Position numbers and translations under genes: made by a program
The notes under the pieces: model-generated
The model's input: only the letters and a program-made list of their open reading frames with translations
Database searches by the model: none
Told to the model about the DNA's origin: nothing
Source: a virus
IMG/VR virus record: IMGVR_UViG_3300043395_000420
Coordinates: 1 to 64,000 of that record
Length of the DNA stretch: 64,000 nucleotides
Strand: one strand, 5' to 3'
In this document: piece after piece, positions 19,753-28,100 of the stretch
Numbering within the stretch: position 1 is the stretch's first letter
Layout of the letters: each line of letters opens with the position of its first letter

Positions 19753-20283
19753 ATGAATAAGATAGAATTCAACAAACAAGTAGATGAGCGTATTAGACTT
19801 ATCCAATCTGTATTACAAAAGAAAGGTGCTGAGTATGCTAATGATAAAGATGTATTCCACAACTTTGAAGAAGGTACTAAGATGTCCTTTCATAATGTAC
19901 GCGAAATGGTAGCATGGGAGTATATGATGAAACATATGATATCTATTAAAGATATGATATCTAATAAACAAGCATACTCTGAGTCTATAATTCGTGAGAA
20001 GTTTGGAGATGCTATAAACTATCTAATTTTAATGGAGGTTATGATGTTAGAATCTAACGGTGTTCAACAGAGGTTTTGTAATGCTGTAAAAGAAACTAGT
20101 CAAAAGGCCGAAAAAAAGATAGAGCAACTACGTACAGAGGCTTATGAAAGAGGTATAGATCAAATGGGTCTTCCTAAACTACCTAGTAACGGTACGCCTG
20201 ATAAAACAGGTTACTCAATAGATAAACTTAAATTACAACAACTACCACATAACTATGATGAGTGGTACTATTCTAGTTATTAA
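19753..20283 (+). CDS. nucleotide-modification-associated (Nmad1/DUF1599-like) domain protein
   Basis: L.KK.AEY....F.NF...KH...D.INY motif; ATG 19753 preferred. Confidence 0.6.
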   Translation: MNKIEFNKQVDERIRLIQSVLQKKGAEYANDKDVFHNFEEGTKMSFHNVREMVAWEYMMKHMISIKDMISNKQAYSESIIREKFGDAINYLILMEVMMLESNGVQQRFCNAVKETSQKAEKKIEQLRTEAYERGIDQMGLPKLPSNGTPDKTGYSIDKLKLQQLPHNYDEWYYSSY

Positions 20284-20284
20284 T

Positions 20285-20668
20285 ATGCAAGAAATAATTA
20301 ATGCTGTAAAGCAATTCCATGATGTGTTTGGACAACATTATGCATCAGAACCAAGTTTAATTAAAGAAAAAGAATATCAACTAAGACATGACCTACAAGC
20401 TGAAGAACTTTATGAATATCTTATGGCTTGCCGGGAGAATGATCTGGTGGGTATTGCTGATGCTCTTGGTGATCAGTTATATATACTGGTGGGCACCATT
20501 CTTAAACATGGTTTGCAAGATAAGATCGTCGAAGTATTTGAAGAGATCCAAAGATCTAACATGAGTAAGTTAGGAGAGGATGGTCTACCTCTTCTTAGAG
20601 AAGATGGTAAGATCCTGAAAGGACCTAACTATACTAAACCAGATATTAAAAAGATATTAGGAGTCTAA
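20285..20668 (+). CDS. MazG-like (DR2231/PRA-PH-type) dNTP pyrophosphohydrolase, possibly dUTPase
   Basis: EE..E..DALGD..Y..G, SNMSKL, REDGKILKGPNY..PD. Confidence 0.85.
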   Translation: MQEIINAVKQFHDVFGQHYASEPSLIKEKEYQLRHDLQAEELYEYLMACRENDLVGIADALGDQLYILVGTILKHGLQDKIVEVFEEIQRSNMSKLGEDGLPLLREDGKILKGPNYTKPDIKKILGV

Positions 20669-20805
20669 CCTTGACCTCTATACCGTTTCAAGTAGTTTTT
20701 ACTTGTTTTTAGTTTACTTGATTTCTTTTTAGCTACAACCCCAGGACGTCTTTTACGGGCGTTCTTGGGTGCGTAGTTATTCTTTGCAGTATTTACTCTA
20801 GCCAT
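20665..20805 (-). CDS. 46-aa very basic protein ending YRGQG (absent from ORF track)
   Basis: Translates MARVNTAKNNYAPKNARKRRPGVVAKKKSSKLKTSKNYLKRYRGQG*; TAATG-coupled to the upstream gene. Confidence 0.8.
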   Translation of the reverse strand: MARVNTAKNNYAPKNARKRRPGVVAKKKSSKLKTSKNYLKRYRGQG

Positions 20806-21272
20806 TACTTCTTTTTCTTTTTAGTAGATCCACCTTTCTTAAAACCAATAGGAGGAGCACCTGCAGCAGCCATACCTGCTTTCATAGCTAACTTGGTTAT
20901 ATCTTCTTTGGGAATACCTGTTTTATTACTAGCATAACCTACAGGATCTTGACCTATTCCACTAAGTTCTTTACCAATATTTTGCATACTGCCGGATAGA
21001 TAATCTTTAGCTAAATTATTTTTATACCTCATGCTTGCAAATGGTTTAAATATACCAAGACCACTAGTAGCTTTTTTTTCTAGTTTTTGTGTCTTAGCAC
21101 TTTTTTCAAAACCTGCTCCTTTCATCAAACCACCTGCAGCAGTATTTATTCTATTATCTATAAGCTTGTTACCAATAAAGTTAAGACCCATTCCTGCTTT
21201 AGGTAACTGTCTTGCTTGTTTAGCAATAGCATCCAGATTATTGTTATCTGGTTTCATTTTTTTATTCTTCAT
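20805..21272 (-). CDS. basic late protein with FKKGG tail
   Basis: K-rich, low complexity, ends GFKKGGSTKKKKK. Confidence 0.75.
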   Translation of the reverse strand: MKNKKMKPDNNNLDAIAKQARQLPKAGMGLNFIGNKLIDNRINTAAGGLMKGAGFEKSAKTQKLEKKATSGLGIFKPFASMRYKNNLAKDYLSGSMQNIGKELSGIGQDPVGYASNKTGIPKEDITKLAMKAGMAAAGAPPIGFKKGGSTKKKKK

Positions 21273-21907
21273 TATTTCTTTTTTTTAGAATACATACGTT
21301 GAACTTGATCCATAGATGTAACAGGTCCTCCTTTTTTAAAACTAACAAATCCTTTAACAGGACCTTTAACTGGAGTTGATGTTTGTTTCATCCTTTGAAT
21401 ATTATCTTTTATTCTACCTATAAAAGTAGGTTTATCAGATTTATATCTAGTTTTTGATTCAGCTAATCTTTCTTTTTCTTGCTGAGTTCTTGTATTTTTT
21501 TCATCATAACCTGCATCAGATGCATATCCTCCTGATGTTTTTCTACTTTTACCTTGCATATTATCTCTACCACTCCATGCTCTTTCTTCATTTGCTTTTG
21601 ATGCTTTACGTGCTTCAGCAGATTTTTTCATTTCATTAATACTGCTTTTAACTTTTGCAGCAGATGCTTGAAGTTCTTCTTTTTTATTTTTAAAACCTGA
21701 AGCAACTGAAGCAGCCACACTACCTTTAAGCATTTGAGGGCTACCTGAATATGAATCATGTACAATATTTCTATTGTAGTCATAACCTTGTTCAGCAGCT
21801 CTTGCTTTTTCTTCTTTGCGTGATTGACTATTCATTTTAATAGTATCAATTGCAGACTTAACAGGTCCTGGCCCTCCTACCTGATACTTTTTTATTTTCT
21901 TTTTCAT
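21272..21907 (-). CDS. basic late protein bracketed by YQVGG and FKKGG motifs
   Basis: K-rich, TAATG-coupled to the next gene. Confidence 0.75.
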   Translation of the reverse strand: MKKKIKKYQVGGPGPVKSAIDTIKMNSQSRKEEKARAAEQGYDYNRNIVHDSYSGSPQMLKGSVAASVASGFKNKKEELQASAAKVKSSINEMKKSAEARKASKANEERAWSGRDNMQGKSRKTSGGYASDAGYDEKNTRTQQEKERLAESKTRYKSDKPTFIGRIKDNIQRMKQTSTPVKGPVKGFVSFKKGGPVTSMDQVQRMYSKKKK

Positions 21908-21919
21908 ATACTAATATAG

Positions 21920-22075
21920 TTAAGATCCGCAATATAAACAACCATCGTCTTCATTATCATACCAATCGTTGTTTTTTTCCATTATGCGTTTAACCTCTTC
22001 GTTAATTTGTTCTTGTGACCAGGTTGGGTTCATAGCTCTGATCTGTGCTCTTAAAAAGTAGTAGTTTCCATCCAT
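21920..22075 (-). CDS. 51-aa protein with C-terminal CxxC (EDDGCLYCGS) (absent from ORF track)
   Basis: MDGNYYFLRAQIRAMNPTWSQEQINEEVKRIMEKNNDWYDNEDDGCLYCGS*; TAATG-coupled to the upstream gene. Confidence 0.75.
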   Translation of the reverse strand: MDGNYYFLRAQIRAMNPTWSQEQINEEVKRIMEKNNDWYDNEDDGCLYCGS

Positions 22076-22539
22076 TAGTTTGTGAGTATAAGTAGTAGTC
22101 CTAATATTAAGGTACTACAACCTAACCCAATATTCCAATTAATAGACTTAGAATGTTGCAATTTTAACGTATTATGTTCTTCAATAAACTTATTATGTAC
22201 TTCTAAGAGACTATTATAATTCTGAGCATAGACTTTTGCATCACCTATACATTTGTTATACTTTGTTGTTAATAACTTAAGTTCAAAGTTTTTGTCATCT
22301 ATAGCATTATTCAAATCTAGGATTATGCTATCCTTTAGAAGTATACTATTAGAACAATACTTATAGTCTATAAGTGCTTCAAGTAATACTTTCTCCTGAG
22401 CAGGAGTTAATATTACACCAGGATTACCATTAATGGTTAATCTTTGGGGAGTAAATTGTCCAAAGACTGTCAAGTTGCTTATCAGTAGCATACTTAACAA
22501 TAGCACGGTCATCATCACGTTTCTTTTTGTTTGCATCAT
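22075..22539 (-). CDS. putative spanin component (signal peptide, coiled coil, C-terminal TM)
   Basis: Signal peptide ending FG-Q, coiled coil, C-terminal hydrophobic helix; overlaps the upstream gene by 110 nt. Confidence 0.5.
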   Translation of the reverse strand: MMQTKRNVMMTVLLLSMLLISNLTVFGQFTPQRLTINGNPGVILTPAQEKVLLEALIDYKYCSNSILLKDSIILDLNNAIDDKNFELKLLTTKYNKCIGDAKVYAQNYNSLLEVHNKFIEEHNTLKLQHSKSINWNIGLGCSTLILGLLLILTN

Positions 22540-22786
22540 CTTTATTATTAAGTTTTTTAATATGTAATGCTCTTAGACTATCTACATGAGCAAGACTGTC
22601 ATGAGTAATCTTCATCTTTAAAGAATCAATAGTTAGACTATCAGCACTGAGTTTACTTTTGTAAGTAACAGCATCTTTGTGGTCTTTACCACAGCAAACT
22701 ATCTCATACATAAATACTGTTCCTACAATAGCAATCAGTACTAGTATGACTATTTCTTTAATTTGATACTGAGTCTCCTCCGTCAT
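22430..22786 (-). CDS. putative spanin component (N-terminal TM, coiled coil)
   Basis: TM helix followed by CC and DSL-repeat coiled coil; follows the holin. Confidence 0.5.
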   Translation of the reverse strand: MTEETQYQIKEIVILVLIAIVGTVFMYEIVCCGKDHKDAVTYKSKLSADSLTIDSLKMKITHDSLAHVDSLRALHIKKLNNKDDANKKKRDDDRAIVKYATDKQLDSLWTIYSPKINH

Positions 22787-23024
22787 TGTTAGTTGGTTTA
22801 TGGTGTTTCTTATCAAATATCTTCTCGATTACGGTAAGGCCTAGTCCTCCACCTGCAATTAAACATAATGCATCATACATAAACTCAGGGGTGATATGAT
22901 CATCATTTCTGAATGTAGCAATATATGCTAGTATAATAACATTTACTAATGTGAAAACAGCAGATACTCTCTTACTAGAGAGTTCTCCCTTTGAACTGAA
23001 CATATCGTAAAAGAACTTCTTCAT
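22758..23024 (-). CDS. putative holin
   Basis: 88 aa, SSKR motif, two TM helices, directly after the endolysin. Confidence 0.6.
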   Translation of the reverse strand: MKKFFYDMFSSKGELSSKRVSAVFTLVNVIILAYIATFRNDDHITPEFMYDALCLIAGGGLGLTVIEKIFDKKHHKPTNNDGGDSVSN

Positions 23025-23569
23025 TAGAATTCTTTCAAAAGAGTATATGTAAATCTTCTGAATCCAGACTTCTTACATTTATCTAATAATTGAGCAAACT
23101 GCTTTGGATCATTAAGTACTTGACATCCCGCAGACCATTTGTCAATAAGTTTAGATACTATACTAGGATTAGCACGGTGGATATTGATACCAAATAATCC
23201 AGTCTCTGTTACTGCGGATTCTTCTGCTATATCATTCTTGTTACCATCTCTATATACAGTAACGGGTTTGCACTGAGTCAATGCTTCGTACTTACCTTGG
23301 TGCATACCAACTTGCCAACAATCATCCCATTGTCCGGGTTTAAGTAATGCTGCTCCTTTTGGATTAAGTAGGTTCTGTAACCAGTGAGTACCCGGATTAG
23401 TAGTACAAGTATACCATGTGATGTTATCTTTCTCAACTACACCAATAAGATCGTCAAACTGATTCTTAGCATTAGCATTAGATCTGATACCTATAAGATG
23501 AAATACCGGCCATGAATAACCTAGTCTTTCAAACTCTACTTTAAGTTCCTTTGCGGTATACTGTCTCAT
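23024..23569 (-). CDS. putative endolysin, L,D-transpeptidase (YkuD)-like cysteine enzyme
   Basis: GINIHRA...WSAGCQV (H..S.GC catalytic signature), TT.PG, adjacent to holin/spanins. Confidence 0.65.
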   Translation of the reverse strand: MRQYTAKELKVEFERLGYSWPVFHLIGIRSNANAKNQFDDLIGVVEKDNITWYTCTTNPGTHWLQNLLNPKGAALLKPGQWDDCWQVGMHQGKYEALTQCKPVTVYRDGNKNDIAEESAVTETGLFGINIHRANPSIVSKLIDKWSAGCQVLNDPKQFAQLLDKCKKSGFRRFTYTLLKEF

Positions 23570-23570
23570 A

Positions 23571-23990
23571 TTAATTAAATATCCAAAAGTGTATATCTCC
23601 TGTGATACGATTAGGTATTGTAGGATTTACATAAAACCTCAAATCATTTGTATTTGCTGTATCTCTTACCATTACTAAGTCAGATTTTAACTGAGTCAGT
23701 TCGGTAGTATTTGTAGGTACAATATGATAAAAAATTATGCTATTTTCATTAACATATGAGTTTTGTAAAACTATAGCTGTTCCAATATTCATATTAACAT
23801 TTTGAATAATACCTGCTTTTTTATTTAAAGGAACAGTAATAGTTGCAGCCGTTGATGATTGAACATCATATGTACCAACGGTAGGTGCAATTATCTCAGC
23901 AAGAGCATTCACGTGCCCGTATCTAGCAAGCAACGCATCTGTCTTTTCTTTTATATAGTCAGACAGTTTGTATATATTTACAAAAGCCAT
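23571..23990 (-). CDS. fibre/decoration-like protein, paralog 3 (ARxGHVN family)
   Basis: N-terminal MAFVNI..Y..D..LARYGHVN; beta-rich C-terminus. Confidence 0.6.
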   Translation of the reverse strand: MAFVNIYKLSDYIKEKTDALLARYGHVNALAEIIAPTVGTYDVQSSTAATITVPLNKKAGIIQNVNMNIGTAIVLQNSYVNENSIIFYHIVPTNTTELTQLKSDLVMVRDTANTNDLRFYVNPTIPNRITGDIHFWIFN

Positions 23991-23991
23991 A

Positions 23992-24393
23992 TTATAATAC
24001 TATAAAATTAATCTTTAATGCTCCTGTTGTTGATGTTGTTGTAGACCAAGCAATGTCAAAACCGCCATCAACAACATTTACAGGTGCTGTAAATACTAAG
24101 TCTGCTCTATCTCCAATATTTGAATACTCTATACTAGCAATAACAACACTATCTGTTTTTACTCTATTGTTATCTACTCTAAAAGAGTTAGAACCAGATA
24201 ATGCACCAAACATAGTTATCTGTCCTACTGGAGCATTAATTTCTACAGGAGTAGTATTACTAATCAACTGAGTTACATACTCAACAGGAGTAACCTTTTC
24301 TGCAAGTTTGTTAACGTGTCCTACTCTTGCTACAGTTGCGTCAGAAGATTTCTTAAAATACTTCTTATAATTAAAGATGTCGATAAAAGCCAT
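23992..24393 (-). CDS. fibre/decoration-like protein, paralog 2 (ARxGHVN family)
   Basis: MAFIDI..KY..DA.VARVGHVN. Confidence 0.6.
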   Translation of the reverse strand: MAFIDIFNYKKYFKKSSDATVARVGHVNKLAEKVTPVEYVTQLISNTTPVEINAPVGQITMFGALSGSNSFRVDNNRVKTDSVVIASIEYSNIGDRADLVFTAPVNVVDGGFDIAWSTTTSTTGALKINFIVL

Positions 24394-24411
24394 ATATTTA
24401 TTTTTTAAAGT

Positions 24412-25101
24412 TTATGCATTATATATTGGTAATATTAAATGAAAATAAAATTCAACTGCCGTATTAGTTAGCAAAGACTGTTTCGTTCTTTTTACAACAC
24501 CTGTTTGTACTACGTAATCAGATAAAACTAAATCAATAGATCCACTACTATAGCCTGTAACGGGTAATAATTCATAAGCTTGCATACTAAGACTATAAAT
24601 ATTTGATGCATTAACAGCATATGTAATCATACCATTTCTATAATAATCTTGTACAAAATTACTCATAGATAACGTAATATGAAAGTTACCACTACTAGGT
24701 TCTGTTATATTACAATCCCATTCAGCAGGAGTTTCAACATCAGCTAATGCTGTATTAACATTAATTCCTAATGCAGGTTTAGCTGTTCCATTATTTACTG
24801 CTAATTGTATTGTACCAATAACTTCATGATAGGGTACTGCAATACCCAGATTAACTGTAGAATCATCTATATAAGTAGAAGTTACTTTATAATTTTCATT
24901 AATAGAACTATATCTATCAGAATAGATTTGTACAGATCCTTTATATGGACCTTCTCCATTAATTGATATTTCATTAACTCCTCCGCCAGCACCTCCGGCT
25001 AATGCATCATATACAGCATTAACATGCCCAATACGTGCTACTTCAGCATCTGTACCTCTTCTAATATATTTCTTTAAGTTTTGCCAATTAATAAATCCCA
25101 T
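24412..25101 (-). CDS. fibre/decoration-like protein, paralog 1 (ARxGHVN family)
   Basis: MGFINW..KY..DAEVARIGHVN, Gly linker, V..ING..G.V repeat-type segment; start at 25101 by paralog alignment. Confidence 0.6.
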   Translation of the reverse strand: MGFINWQNLKKYIRRGTDAEVARIGHVNAVYDALAGGAGGGVNEISINGEGPYKGSVQIYSDRYSSINENYKVTSTYIDDSTVNLGIAVPYHEVIGTIQLAVNNGTAKPALGINVNTALADVETPAEWDCNITEPSSGNFHITLSMSNFVQDYYRNGMITYAVNASNIYSLSMQAYELLPVTGYSSGSIDLVLSDYVVQTGVVKRTKQSLLTNTAVEFYFHLILPIYNA

Positions 25102-25116
25102 ACTTTTTAATCTTAC

Positions 25117-25132
25117 ATATATAATATACAAA
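25117..25132 (-). promoter_or_regulatory. candidate late promoter (TTTGTATATTATATAT)
   Basis: TAT[A/C]TT[A/T] core recurs in the - strand intergenic gaps at 21911, 25117, 53022, 57861 and 57876. Confidence 0.4.
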
Positions 25133-25139
25133 AAAATTC

Positions 25140-28100
25140 TTATCCTCCACCTTGCATGTTCCTAATACTTATAAAATTTTTAGTCGCAAGTATTGGATCT
25201 GTTTGTGTACCTGTAATACCAAAGAACTTAAATCCTGTATTAAGAAACTTAGGAGAACCTTCTTTTTGGAAACTATAGGGTCCGACATCTCTTACATAGT
25301 AAGCCTTGTCATCTCCTTGTGCTAAGTCAACTAGTTGTCCTAATAACTTAACAAGATTTCCCGCAGTTTGAGTAACAGCTAAACTCTTGAAAGTCAGCAT
25401 TTCAATATAGTTATTAAGACCTACTCCGGGTAAAGGTATCCAGTTCATTTGCTCTTGTCTAGTCTTTAACATAAGGGCTAACATACTATTTGACATATAA
25501 CCTCCTAGTTTAAAAGGGTGTTCTGGATCCTCAACTGTTTCAAATATGCCCATGTTCAGTGGCAATGCACCTGACTTCTTTCTGAGTTTTTCATACTTAT
25601 CTTCATCATCTGCATCAAATCCGAAGAGTAAAGCAATCATAAGACTCATACCTACTAGTATACCTGCTTCCATGATTACTTTAGCAAATGCTTGCTTTTG
25701 TTCTGGAAGAAGAGAAGAAAAAGACTTACCTCCTGTAGCAATACCTTCTTTTAATGCACGTATTGCTTCTATGTAATAACCAAGATATGAATCATTAAGA
25801 CCTACATCATATCTTGCTTTAGGATCAAGTAGGTTTCCACGGAATTGAAAACGGTTAAGTAACATACGTAAGAAGAATCTTTTTAAGAACATAATCTGTC
25901 TATAGAAAAAGAATCTATCTGCCTGAGAGTAGTCAAACTTACCAAATGCACCATTTACGTTATTAGATACAGCCTGTATTTTATTACGGTACATTTTAAA
26001 TTTAGATCCTCCTATACCCCATTCTGGATCAATACCTTCTCTTAATTGAATATTACCATCTTTAAGTTCCCATGCTTCTATGTATGGAATCATTTTCTTT
26101 TCTCCGTCAATAGTTATTTCTACTAACTGAGCATGCATCATAGCACCAAATAAACTTAAGTTGGCATTAAGTTCTGTCCATTTACGAGTATTAGTAAGAA
26201 GATTGGCTGGTTCTAGTAAATCTTTAGCAAAGGTTCTTGTTAGGTTTTCTCCTAGTTTTTCTTCAAATCTTCCGGATGTTGGATCAAATATTTCTGTGAG
26301 TTGTACATCCAATGACTTAGGTCCATACTTATATATCTGAAAAGATATTTCTGCCATAGTTTTGTTAGACCATATTGTACCCTTTGCGTAGTCCCTGTTA
26401 CTATAAAATCTTCCGGCTGCTCCTTCAATTACTGACTGTATTCTTGCACTTAAAGAGTTACGTACTGCAGACTCTATGTTTACAGCAAAGAATCCTAATG
26501 CAGATGTCTTCAGCATTGATGTAGCTATACTGTTTGCTAGTTTACTTTCAGAGAATATACCCGTATTATATTTACCTTCAAACTCTCGTTCTATAAATGC
26601 GTTAATTGCCTGGGCTCTAGTAGATAAACCTTTTTTGTTAAGGGGTTTTTCTATGGCTCTATTAATCATGTTTTTCTTTTGGTACTGATTAATAATATCT
26701 AGTTGTTCTGGGTCATTAACTAGATTTTGAAGAGTTCTTGCTACAGGACTCATCTCTCTCAACTTAGCATTACGTTCTAGAGAAAACATATATCTCATAG
26801 TACCCGTTAGTACATCTAATGAGGTGTCATCTAATGATAAGTAGTATTTACCTTGAATAGGTATTTTGTTTACTTGGTCATCAAACATATCTAACTTAGC
26901 ATATTCAATACGTTCTTGTGCATTGAATCCGCGTTCTTGGTCATCTGCTGTACGTTGAAAGAATTCTTTTACCTTTTGTGAAAATGTAGATATAGGATTT
27001 TGTTTTACTAAGTTACCGGCTTCGTCTATAAAGTCTTTATTTTGTACTGCTTCTAGGTTGGACATACGGAATCTTGGTATCTCTAAACCTAAACGTTCTT
27101 CGGGTGCTTTATCTTCTTGTAATTCTAAATGTAAATCTATTAGTTTCATTAATAGATTATATGTATTAACATCAGAATTCTTAAGTTTAAAGAACTCATT
27201 GTTTACATATGTGGTATCAGGAGTACCATCATCGTTACGTACATCAAGTTTTGGTAGCCAGTTGTAACCATCCCAGTTTGCTTTAGTAATATCTCCCATT
27301 GCTATGGCTTGACGGATACTAACTTTTTCTGTCATGTATCCTGCTGCAGGATCACGTTTAACTTGATATGTAAAGTATTTACTAGTTGGTATTCCGGGTA
27401 TTGTTCTCTTACTACCGTCAGGTTCTGTGATTACAGTAGACTCATACATGTTAGAATCGGCCGGTCTAGTTATATTCCATGCTGAGGTTCTAACATATCT
27501 AGGACTAGATAATCTAAACTGTTTACTATATACATCTTTTAAGATATGATTAGCATCAAACCATTCTCTGAATTCTTTAGAGTTTGCACGCATCATATCT
27601 ACAAATGCTGTATTCTCTAGTATAATGTCATCAATGTTTGTTGCATCAAATTCTCTAATGTTTAATGCCTGAAATGCTTGTTGAATATCATCTCCAAAAT
27701 AGTTATAGAAACTATTCATTATATCTAAGTAATCCGAGGTAGGTTCTGTTTTTTGTAACTCATCTAACTCTGTATACTTAGTAAGTATCTCTTCATTAAT
27801 TTTTGTTTCTTCTACAAGCAGTGCTTTGTCTAATGGATCAAGAGACTTATTACGTCTGTTTAATACTAGTTTTTCTAGTTCCTCAAGTCTATCTTGTTCA
27901 TCTATTGTAAGTTTTGCAGTAGTATCTCCTCTTCTATATTTTATTCTTTGTGTTACAAGTTCTTGATACTCTTTTTGTTCTATCTTAGTAAGACCTGTTC
28001 TTGTAATAGATTTTTCTTTTTCTTCAAGGATTTGCTCATCCAGTTTTTTAATTTCTGCAAGAACGTCTTCAGGCATTTCCAAACCTGATGTTTGATTATC

